Shown here: positions 1 to 8,185 of the stretch, piece after piece
How the letters are laid out: each line of letters starts with the position of its first letter
Position numbering within the stretch: the first letter of the stretch is position 1
Assembly: GCA_031552845.1 (NCBI GenBank)
Contig: JAVBMC010000069.1
Location: forward strand, 2,874 to 66,873
Direction of reading: 5' to 3'
From: Kiritimatiellia bacterium
GTDB lineage: Bacteria > Verrucomicrobiota > Kiritimatiellia > RFP12 > DVOR01
Length of the DNA: 64,000 nt
Position numbers and translations under genes: made by a program
The notes under the pieces: model-generated
The model's database searches: none
What the model was told of the DNA's origin: nothing
Seen by the model: the letters and a program-made list of their open reading frames with translations, nothing else

Positions 1-1
1 C

Positions 2-574
2 CTTCTCGCCCTTGTTCAAACTAAAGACTTGAAATGTTTGTTCAAAACGATCTGCGGTTTCCAGACACTCTTCTTTTCTTTCTTTGGGGACCTGTTGAAT
101 ACCAGTAGTCGTCGACACATTTGTCGGCATCAATTGCGCAATCTGCCGATAGACATCATACTCGCGTTGGTTCTGTGCCCATATTAGCGCATGGGTATGA
201 ATCCAATAATCTTGCCGGTTCGTCGGGTTATTCAAAAAGTACGCGACGGGATCAATCTCCCGTTGATACGCACTCTCCATTTCCTCTACGCTCGGCAGGA
301 ACGTACGCATCTTCGGCGGTACCGCTTTAATACGGTCAAGCTTCTCTCTTGCAATCAATCGACACTTTTCAGAAAGAGCACTGTTGAAGATATCATGGTC
401 CCTTCGCAGGCTATCAAACAGCTCCTTACTCGCCTCGACTTTTACTGAAGAAAGAACCCGCAGACTATCGATCTCTTCTTCTCCACATCCCGACAACATC
501 AATAAGACACAGGCGCACGCAGCCAACAACATCGGTGCCCTGTTCCTTTTTCTGCCGTATTGTTGCATTTTCAT
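2..574 (-). CDS. Putative lipoprotein, hypothetical (partial, runs off window edge)
   Basis: Manually translated and absent from the ORF track: ATG at 574 after RBS AAGGAGG, MKMQQYGRKRNRAPMLLAACACVLLMLSGC (lipobox LSGC), open to position 2. Confidence 0.8.
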   Translation of the reverse strand, partial: MKMQQYGRKRNRAPMLLAACACVLLMLSGCGEEEIDSLRVLSSVKVEASKELFDSLRRDHDIFNSALSEKCRLIAREKLDRIKAVPPKMRTFLPSVEEMESAYQREIDPVAYFLNNPTNRQDYWIHTHALIWAQNQREYDVYRQIAQLMPTNVSTTTGIQQVPKERKEECLETADRFEQTFQVFSLNKGEK

Positions 575-625
575 TTCATCCTCCTTTGCAAATGACTCCT
601 CCAGACACACGACCAAGCACACACG

Positions 626-1345
626 CTATTCAGTCTCAACCGGCACTTCTTTGCCATTGAGCCATAACTCGCGGAAATCTCTATTGACTCGCTTAAAGGA
701 CTCCTCATTCCGTTCAAGGCGCTCCGGATAATGTTCCTTCAAATAGTTGTAAATACCGGTGACGAAAGGCTTATCTTTTACGATACCCTCCTCCCATAGA
801 CTTTTATCCCAGCGTGCGACAATATCGCCGTTCTGATTGACATGGACAGAATACAATGTCATCAATGAATCATATAGCACAATCTCCAAAGCGAACACCG
901 GCTTCTGGCGGTTGTTAAAAAAGATAATTCCATCCCTCAAGGTGCCAATGAAAGGAAAATCATGTCCGGCATTCTTCGGATCTGTTATTCCTTCAACCCA
1001 CGATTGAACCTGCGCCGCGCTGACATCAATCTTATCTTTGACTTTGATGACTTGGCAAAACTTCGGGCAAGAATCAGAACGGAACGGATCAACGGCATCG
1101 TTCTCCTTCTTCGACGCATCCTCGTTTTCTTCCACCTTTTCAAACGGATCCGGAGACTGCTTTTCTGCTTCAAATCCAGCACAGAATGTATTGCCCTCCG
1201 TATGCGGGTCTTTGTTGGTGAATTCAAAAAAATAAGCTGAGGTTACGGCACTCGCATCAATCTGCTCATACCACTTCAACTCCGGCTTGGTGGCACAGCC
1301 AATCAATCCCACGATCAACAGAAAACAGAAACACAAGTCTCTCAT
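626..1345 (-). CDS. Putative lipoprotein, paralog of 1376-2086
   Basis: Signal peptide with lipobox LIGC; shares GCATKPELKWYEQIDA and HYPERLERNEE blocks with the neighbouring gene. Confidence 0.85.
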   Translation of the reverse strand: MRDLCFCFLLIVGLIGCATKPELKWYEQIDASAVTSAYFFEFTNKDPHTEGNTFCAGFEAEKQSPDPFEKVEENEDASKKENDAVDPFRSDSCPKFCQVIKVKDKIDVSAAQVQSWVEGITDPKNAGHDFPFIGTLRDGIIFFNNRQKPVFALEIVLYDSLMTLYSVHVNQNGDIVARWDKSLWEEGIVKDKPFVTGIYNYLKEHYPERLERNEESFKRVNRDFRELWLNGKEVPVETE

Positions 1346-1375
1346 AGTCTTGTCCTCCCAAATACCGACACCATA

Positions 1376-2086
1376 CTACTTCGCCCAGCCTGAAACTTCT
1401 CCGCCATTAATCAATATTTCTCGAAAATCCAAATTGACGCGCCTAAAGAACTCTTCATTTCGCTCAAGCCGTTCCGGATGATATGCCTTCAAATAATTAT
1501 AAATATCGGTGACGAAGGTTTTATCACGCGACCAGTTATCAAAAATGTCATCCTCATAGCGCATCACAACATCACCGTTTTTGTTGATGTGAATTGGATG
1601 CAAGCGCACCAATGAATCAAACCGCAATATTTTAACAGCGAACAGCGGTTCTTGCCGACCGTTGAAGAATAGAATACCTCCATCCAGATAACCGATGAAT
1701 GGAAAGTTATCCGCAACATTCTTTGGGTCAGTTATCTCTGCCACCCAAGCTTGCACTTGTTCTGTGTTTACGGTAATTTTATTTATGGCTCTGATGACGT
1801 GACAATCTTTCTCACAAAAATTAGGGTCGTCCTCCTCAAATCCAGCACAGAAAGTATTACCCTCTGTATGCGGGTCTTTGTTGGTGAACTCAAAGAAATA
1901 AGCAGATGTCACAGTCCTCGCATCAATCTGTTCATACCACTTCAGTTCCGGCTTGGTGGCACAGCCAACAAGACCCATGATCAGAATAACGCTAAAAAGT
2001 AAAGATTTCACATCCAATCCCCTCAAAAACAACACCGACAGGCAGACGAACAGGTGTATTATAAACCTCCCCATTAAGTTAAGCAA
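1376..2086 (-). CDS. Putative lipoprotein, paralog of 626-1345 (true start may be GTG at 2011)
   Basis: Lipobox LVGC; high protein and DNA similarity to 626-1345 at both ends. Confidence 0.85.
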   Translation of the reverse strand: MLNLMGRFIIHLFVCLSVLFLRGLDVKSLLFSVILIMGLVGCATKPELKWYEQIDARTVTSAYFFEFTNKDPHTEGNTFCAGFEEDDPNFCEKDCHVIRAINKITVNTEQVQAWVAEITDPKNVADNFPFIGYLDGGILFFNGRQEPLFAVKILRFDSLVRLHPIHINKNGDVVMRYEDDIFDNWSRDKTFVTDIYNYLKAYHPERLERNEEFFRRVNLDFREILINGGEVSGWAK

Positions 2087-2247
2087 GCGTAGAAGAGGAA
2101 ACCCCTTAATTATTGCGTGCCGTTGATTCCTTTAAAAAATGGCCCATTTGATTGGAGAGATAAAAACACGCAATGTAGGCAGATGCGCTTTCTTTTCAGG
2201 GGAGATTCATCACTAAACTTAAATTGTTCCGCCAATAGAGTGGTAAT

Positions 2248-2345
2248 TTTCTGTGAGCCTTGTCGGATATTTGTATGAGCCGGGCAAGAGTTTTGTGTGA
2301 ACCCAGTATGTGAAATGTGTGAGCCACGTCAGACTTTTGTACCAT
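2248..2345. repeat. Array of direct repeats TTTGTRTGAGCC in exact 22-bp phase
   Basis: TGAGCC/TGAACC begins at 2254, 2276, 2298 and 2320; a partial fifth unit (TTTGTA) keeps the phase at 2336-2341. Confidence 0.75.
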
Positions 2346-2597
2346 GTGCCTCGTACTTTTTCAACATACGCGTTTTTTGAGCGTATTATGCAGTGCCGTC
2401 AGCGGCAACACTCGGTTGAAAAACAGGAGATATTTACTGCGTTAACCGATGGTACGTAGCATCGTACCGCGCAGCACGTACTATCCATTTGCGCAGCAGG
2501 TGCTGCGTGTTTGGACAGCGGGTGCTGCAGTTTTGTATAGCACGTGCTATCGTACTGAAACATGGAAGGCTTGGGGGTGTTGTAACGACGAAAATTA

Positions 2598-2684
2598 TGT
2601 AAAGGGTCTGTTTTAATGCAATCGCCCAAAAACAAAGGGTACATTTTGCCTTTGTTCTTGGGGTGATGGGAATGGGTACGTTTT
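2598..2684. repeat. Left-end putative transposase-binding sites
   Basis: AAAGGGTCTGTTTT (2601), AAAGGGTACATTTT (2634) and AATGGGTACGTTTT (2671); inverted counterparts at 32513-32582. Confidence 0.65.
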
Positions 2685-4752
2685 AATAAAGCTTTTCGAC
2701 AACCAAGCGCATCGCCTGAATATATAACGTTTCGCCGACGCTCCCGCTTTGTCTTAGCCGAAAATATGTAAATGCAGGCATATCGACATACCAAGACGCC
2801 TCAATACATTTACGATCGGCACTGATATGCACACCGTCTTGATTCGCCAGCCGAGTCGTTGGCGTGGTTGTTGGACCAGTCACCAGCTCCAAATTAAGCG
2901 TCTGATTGGTGGACATTGCAGTACTGAGGGTATAGCGAACGTCAACACGGTAAAATCCTTTCTTTCGGGCAGTCAGATAGGCTGTTGACCCGGATCCCGT
3001 CAAAGTGATGCAATCTGAACTTGCTGCCGGTGCCGGGAACTGCACATCCGTTGGAAATATACACACATTGGTTACCGTCGTCGAAACGGTCATACTAGTA
3101 GCACCAGTCCGTCCTGAACGCAGAAAAAAACTATCCTTTAGAGTTATTAGAGGGGCTATGGTGCCTTGAATCTCAACGATCTGTTTTCGAAGCCCTACGG
3201 TTACAGGCGGATCATAGAAGGTCGGTATCACTCCATAGTACTTTCCGTTCTGTTCGTCCCAAGGACGCTCACCGATTCCCCGACCTCTTTCTACCTCAAC
3301 GCGCCCAATGTAAGTATAAACCCCTTCGAAGGACGGGTCATAAAACCCGCCGAAGGCATCTAAATCACAAACGCGCAACACGTCAATATGCCCACCTGTG
3401 AAGCAATCATCGCCCAATCGCCCGGTGACCGCTGGCAGTTCCAATAAATCCGTGTGTAACCCGGCAAACGCCTTGTGTTCTATCCAAAAACATTTCGGCA
3501 ATTCAATTTGTGCACCCTCGGCAAAGATGCTTTCGACCTCTCCGTTAGACCAAATCCCGCCGAAAGCGCCAGCATCAATTGCTAAAACATTTGCACGGAA
3601 CCTTTTTATCAGCCGCTCATCCGGAGGCATTCGGTCACTAAAACTGTCCCCAATGGCTACGACCTGCTGCCCATCAATCATGTCCGGAATCGTAATCTCA
3701 TAATCCCAGTCCACCTCTGCACCGACAGCTTCATAAAACGCTTCTAGCAGTGCCCAATTCACACCATCAATTTGTAAACCATCTGGCAACTGGTCTCCGC
3801 ACAACGCCTGTTTATTAACCGGTGATGCAGTTAGGCACCAGGGCGGTGTTATGCCTTGTTCCCAATAACGTCGAGCCTCGGCTTTGTCAATCGCCTTAGC
3901 GGTGACACTGGTGGCGGCGTTGGTAGCGGCCTTGGACGATGCTGCGCTGGCGGCGATAATGGCGGTGCTGACATAGTTGGTGCTGGCTAAGGGTGCCAAT
4001 TGTGCGGGGATAGCGCTTAGTTGGGTTGATAGCCCGTCGACTGCGCCATGTGTGTATCCACTTAGATCTGTAAGAGCCGTTCGTAGTTCACCGCCCAAGG
4101 CATCGAGTTCTGCCGCCCGCGCCAACCCATTGGTTATCTCTGCCGTGACAAAGCCTGCCGCAAATACAGAGTTTGACAAGCTTCCAAGATTGGACTGTAC
4201 GCCGTCAACACTCGATGCTAGGATAGCCAGTTGATTGGCTGTGAGCGCTATGGCGTCCTGGACATCTTCCATTTTAGCGTACCCTGTCAGCCAGGTCACC
4301 GGAACTGGAACTGCCGTGGAAGGGTAGTTAAGACCGGACAACTTCAATTGGCCCGATGCCCGGACGATCCGTGCGGATCCATCCGTGGCGGCCACTTCAA
4401 GCGTCCAAGTGCCGGAGGTGAAGTTTGCTGGTAACCATTGTGACGTGTTCACTCGAACACCCACCACGCCCATCCTAATCACCGAACCGCTTACCTGGTA
4501 GCTTTGCCCGCCGGGCATATTGTTCGTGGTAGCGTGTAACGTCACCGTGCAGCCATTTAGATCCATCGGTGCCGCATAGCTGGTCAGCTTGCATTCAAGG
4601 TCGATCACCTCGCCGCGCCGGAGATCCAGCGTTTTATCGCTGGGTGCCGAAGTCTCAACTGACCAAGACAGCTTGGGAACGGTTTGGGCGGGCAAGTTGA
4701 TACAACCGCCGAGAAGGCATAACGCCATCAACATCATGTGCAGCATTTTCAT
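2683..4752 (-). CDS. Tail fibre/receptor-binding-like protein with N-terminal lipobox, BppU-like domain and BspA-type LRR insert
   Basis: Last gene of the tail operon; signal MKMLHMMLMALCLLGGC; Ala/Thr-rich helical stalk; LRR-like motifs ITIPDMIDGQQVVAIG, IDAGAF and IEHKAF; beta-rich C-terminus. Confidence 0.55.
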   Translation of the reverse strand: MKMLHMMLMALCLLGGCINLPAQTVPKLSWSVETSAPSDKTLDLRRGEVIDLECKLTSYAAPMDLNGCTVTLHATTNNMPGGQSYQVSGSVIRMGVVGVRVNTSQWLPANFTSGTWTLEVAATDGSARIVRASGQLKLSGLNYPSTAVPVPVTWLTGYAKMEDVQDAIALTANQLAILASSVDGVQSNLGSLSNSVFAAGFVTAEITNGLARAAELDALGGELRTALTDLSGYTHGAVDGLSTQLSAIPAQLAPLASTNYVSTAIIAASAASSKAATNAATSVTAKAIDKAEARRYWEQGITPPWCLTASPVNKQALCGDQLPDGLQIDGVNWALLEAFYEAVGAEVDWDYEITIPDMIDGQQVVAIGDSFSDRMPPDERLIKRFRANVLAIDAGAFGGIWSNGEVESIFAEGAQIELPKCFWIEHKAFAGLHTDLLELPAVTGRLGDDCFTGGHIDVLRVCDLDAFGGFYDPSFEGVYTYIGRVEVERGRGIGERPWDEQNGKYYGVIPTFYDPPVTVGLRKQIVEIQGTIAPLITLKDSFFLRSGRTGATSMTVSTTVTNVCIFPTDVQFPAPAASSDCITLTGSGSTAYLTARKKGFYRVDVRYTLSTAMSTNQTLNLELVTGPTTTPTTRLANQDGVHISADRKCIEASWYVDMPAFTYFRLRQSGSVGETLYIQAMRLVVEKLY

Positions 4753-4779
4753 CTGTGTTTCCTTTGTTTTGTGTTTATG

Positions 4780-6156
4780 TTAGCGGTGGCTGTCATGGCG
4801 ATCAAAAAACCGCGTGAGGCCACCGTCAAAGTTTAACCTGATTTCACCTGTTGGGCCGTTACGCTGTTTGGCAACGTCGACAATCGCCAACAGTTCATCC
4901 CCGCATTCCTCATCTCCCGGATACTTGCACGGACGGCGCAACAATAATACCACATCGGCATCCTGCTCGATCGCACCGGAATCGCGCAGATCCGACAGCT
5001 TGGGCTTGCCCGTCTTGTTGCCGTGCTGTTCGGAGTTACGGCTCAACTGCGACAGCACAATCACCGGGATATTCAACTCTTTAGCCATCGCTTTGACATT
5101 GGCCGAGATCTGCGCCGTCTCAATCTGGCGCCCCTGCCGTGCAAACTCACGATGGTTCATCAGCTGAAGGTAATCGATCACAATCAGTTCGATGTTGTGC
5201 TTTTTCTTCATACGGCGTGCCCGTGCCCGCATTTCCATCACATCGATGCCGCCTGTATCGTCCACAAAGATAGGCGCCTTGGACAGCGTAGCCGCGCCCT
5301 GCGATAGCTGGTACATGATCTTATTCTGGTTGACCAGCCCCGCATCCAGCTGCCAACCCGCTACGCCGGAAACCCCGCAAAGCATACGCTGCGCCAGCGC
5401 TCCCTGGGACATTTCTACGCTGAACACACCCACCGCATGAGGCCGATCGTGTTCACCCTCAAACTTGTTGCCGTCCATATCGCGTCCCAAGGCCACACAT
5501 TCGGCAATGTTCATCGCCAAAGATGTTTTGCCCTGGGAGGGACGGGCTGCCAGCACGATCATTTCAGCCGGACGCAGCCCCTTCAGCTTTTTGTCGAGGT
5601 TCTTTAATCCCGTCGGTAGTCCCATCAGGCCATTGGGCTGTCCAAAGATTTTCTCAACATGTGTGATCGTTTCACGGACCGCACCGCTCCAACTAACACG
5701 TGCCTCGGTATTGTCGCCCAAAGCAAGAAAAGCCTGCTCGGCGTGCCCAAGAATCAGATCCGCACTCTCCACCTCATCGTAACACTCGCCCTCAGTCTTA
5801 CGAACCGCCGATAGGATAGAGCGCAGCAGGTGCTTTTGGCGAACGATGTCAATATAGTACTCCGCATGTGCCGATGTTGGCGTACGATCAATCAGCTCTT
5901 CGAGGAACCGCATGCCGCCCACTTCGTTCAGGCGTCCGTTGACAGATAGCCGCTCGACAAGCGTCACAAGGTCGACTGCCTGCATTCCGGCCATCATCTG
6001 TTGTATGGTCTTGAACAGTTCAGCGTGTGCCGGCACATAGAACGTTTCTGGGGTAAATCCCTTTTCAAGGCATAGATCCATCACCCGATTGGCATCGAGT
6101 AAGATGGATCCCAAAACACCACGTTCGGCTTCCAAGCTCTGGGGCGGCAGTCTCAT
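4780..6156 (-). CDS. dnaB: Replicative DNA helicase DnaB, full length
   Basis: PPQSLEAERGVLGSIL N-domain, Walker A ARPSQGKT, FSVEM, IVIDYLQL, LSQLSR, DLRDSGAIEQDAD, KQRNGPTG. Start at ATG 6156 after AAAGGAAA. Confidence 0.97.
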   Translation of the reverse strand: MRLPPQSLEAERGVLGSILLDANRVMDLCLEKGFTPETFYVPAHAELFKTIQQMMAGMQAVDLVTLVERLSVNGRLNEVGGMRFLEELIDRTPTSAHAEYYIDIVRQKHLLRSILSAVRKTEGECYDEVESADLILGHAEQAFLALGDNTEARVSWSGAVRETITHVEKIFGQPNGLMGLPTGLKNLDKKLKGLRPAEMIVLAARPSQGKTSLAMNIAECVALGRDMDGNKFEGEHDRPHAVGVFSVEMSQGALAQRMLCGVSGVAGWQLDAGLVNQNKIMYQLSQGAATLSKAPIFVDDTGGIDVMEMRARARRMKKKHNIELIVIDYLQLMNHREFARQGRQIETAQISANVKAMAKELNIPVIVLSQLSRNSEQHGNKTGKPKLSDLRDSGAIEQDADVVLLLRRPCKYPGDEECGDELLAIVDVAKQRNGPTGEIRLNFDGGLTRFFDRHDSHR

Positions 6157-6178
6157 TGGATTTCCTTTGTGTTGCATA

Positions 6179-7111
6179 TTAAACCGTCATTCCTGCAATC
6201 GAAGCGTAAGAGTGCATGGTCGCCCAAGGTGAGGCACAGGCTTGCTCCTGCGTCCAATACAAAATAACGTCATTATTTGACATTCCGTCTGATATTTGAT
6301 CGCACAAGCAAAAAGGTCCCATAATGCAATTCTCCCAATACCAACCAACGCTAACATCAACATAGCGTGTCGTGTTTAACATGTTGACCACAATATCGGG
6401 CATATTCAGATAAATCTTGCCGTTATACATAAAAGTATAATTGCCCATGCCTGCGGCGATTTTACCATTCCCCTGTTGTGCGTTGAGTGACGCCAGATTG
6501 ACACGGTCAAGCCTGAAAGAATACGTATTGATTCCGTTGCTGACAGTTACGCCCAGCCAAGAATTATTCAACCTGTCCATCCAGTTCGTGCTATGTCCGT
6601 AAGGGCCTACTAGATCCACGAAATAACCGTCGAACATATTCAAATATAATCGCGGTGATGTTTCCCGTTCAAAAAAGAACGTATGGAATATCTGTCCGGC
6701 ATTACCCAGCCATAACTTAGCTGTGGTTACTGTGGACACCTCTGCCGGCAGCGTGAGCCGGCACCGTCCGTCTTGGAGATAGAAATAGTTCTCGCTACGC
6801 ATGGCGCCATTATATCCACTTGAACCATGACTATGCGCGCTGGTGATTCGTGCTACAGGGGTGCCATTTGAAAAGCCTGTCTTGTTGAGAACCTCGACAA
6901 CCTCCGGAACAATCTTCACAGAAGAGGTTGCGGAGACATATCTGGCCATATACGCCCACGTAGTCGACAAGCCCGTGCCATTCGATTGGTACCCGGAAGA
7001 GCTGCTGCGCGTCCCGGCATTAGACATAATGCACTCATAGACGGGCTCTTTAAATACCAATGCCCCGTTACGCCATGCCAATTTACTGCTGCGAAAACCA
7101 AGTGATCCCAT
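6179..7111 (-). CDS. Putative phage tail protein, beta-rich
   Basis: Ser/Gly/Asn/Tyr-rich ORF tightly packed in the tail operon. Confidence 0.55.
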   Translation of the reverse strand: MGSLGFRSSKLAWRNGALVFKEPVYECIMSNAGTRSSSSGYQSNGTGLSTTWAYMARYVSATSSVKIVPEVVEVLNKTGFSNGTPVARITSAHSHGSSGYNGAMRSENYFYLQDGRCRLTLPAEVSTVTTAKLWLGNAGQIFHTFFFERETSPRLYLNMFDGYFVDLVGPYGHSTNWMDRLNNSWLGVTVSNGINTYSFRLDRVNLASLNAQQGNGKIAAGMGNYTFMYNGKIYLNMPDIVVNMLNTTRYVDVSVGWYWENCIMGPFCLCDQISDGMSNNDVILYWTQEQACASPWATMHSYASIAGMTV

Positions 7112-7113
7112 TG

Positions 7114-7818
7114 TTAAACCTGTATCGTTGGCGAGATGATGTACTCATACGCAGTCGAAACACTCAACAACCGCCCGTCTTCACTAAATCTCAACCGACG
7201 TTGTTCCGCCAAAAGATTGGGCGTTGTTTTGGAATTGTCGATATAAACACGTGAGACAATATTCAGATACAACCCCTGTCCGCTGACATGTCCGCTAACA
7301 CCTAAAGCCACCCAGCTGAATGTACTTGGTGCGCTGCCACCCCCAGACGCTCCGGAGAACTCACCCCAAAAAGCAGGCTGTGTTGCATGTGCTGAAGCCG
7401 GAGCAGGCGCTAATGGCGATCCTTTGTGAACGTGATCCGCTCGTGCAACATCGGTTGCCGTTCCGACGGCTGCCGAAGCGGCAACATCCTTGGGCGTTGC
7501 GCTGGATAATTGGACGCCCTTATGCACGTGATCCGCCCGCGCAGCGGTAGCGGATGTTCCGGCTGTCGCCGTGGTGGCTACGTCTTTTGGCGGTGCATCT
7601 GACAGCTCAATATCACTGCCGCCATCACTCACCGGCACCTGTTCCGGAATCTCAAGTACGACCGGATCAAGTTTCGAAGGATTATGAGGTTTTTCTAAAG
7701 TAACCCCGCCACGAACACTTAAAGTGTTTAAAAACTTGGCAACGGAATTAAACCACGATGCGGGGACGGCCAAAATTGTGTCCCGTTCAGAGAAATCGTC
7801 TTTGATATGAAAACTCAT
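7114..7818 (-). CDS. Putative tail fibre protein with internal repeat
   Basis: Two copies of PKDVA...GT...ARADHVHKG, a repeat type seen in phage fibres. Confidence 0.65.
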   Translation of the reverse strand: MSFHIKDDFSERDTILAVPASWFNSVAKFLNTLSVRGGVTLEKPHNPSKLDPVVLEIPEQVPVSDGGSDIELSDAPPKDVATTATAGTSATAARADHVHKGVQLSSATPKDVAASAAVGTATDVARADHVHKGSPLAPAPASAHATQPAFWGEFSGASGGGSAPSTFSWVALGVSGHVSGQGLYLNIVSRVYIDNSKTTPNLLAEQRRLRFSEDGRLLSVSTAYEYIISPTIQV

Positions 7819-7821
7819 GAA

Positions 7822-8184
7822 TTATTGCGTTGTGGTAGTGGTTATCGTTTCGGTGACAGTAAGCGTCCAGCCCGCCGCCTCATTCACACGCCGTGCTGAG
7901 GCTGCCTTTTTGTTTCCATTGATCACCACGCCGACGTAAGTGATGGAGAAAGGTGTCCAACTGCCGAATGTCCTGGAATCTGAATTATACGCCGAATCCT
8001 CTGCCAATTGCATAGCCAATGTTTCGGTTAATCCACGGTACTCCGTCACAATGACGATCTGTCTTTCAAAAAGATACTTTGTCGTGCCGTTGGATGTAAT
8101 GCGCATTTTCTCCACTTTATCGCCACCCTTTTGCAGAGGGATACCTTTGAAGCGCGCATCAGCTTTGTTACTGATCCAGCCCAT
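7822..8184 (-). CDS. Phage tail-module hypothetical protein
   Basis: Follows the tape measure gene with a 1-nt gap. Confidence 0.6.
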   Translation of the reverse strand: MGWISNKADARFKGIPLQKGGDKVEKMRITSNGTTKYLFERQIVIVTEYRGLTETLAMQLAEDSAYNSDSRTFGSWTPFSITYVGVVINGNKKAASARRVNEAAGWTLTVTETITTTTTQ

Positions 8185-8185
8185 A

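Noticed and set aside
2248-2345. Possible CRISPR array
   Set aside because: Units are only ~12 bp with ~10-bp spacers, and there are no cas genes in the window.
2683-8184. Diversity-generating retroelement or invertible tail-fibre switch
   Set aside because: No reverse transcriptase or invertase gene and no TR/VR pair with A-specific mismatches; the 7114-7818 repeat is an in-frame protein repeat.
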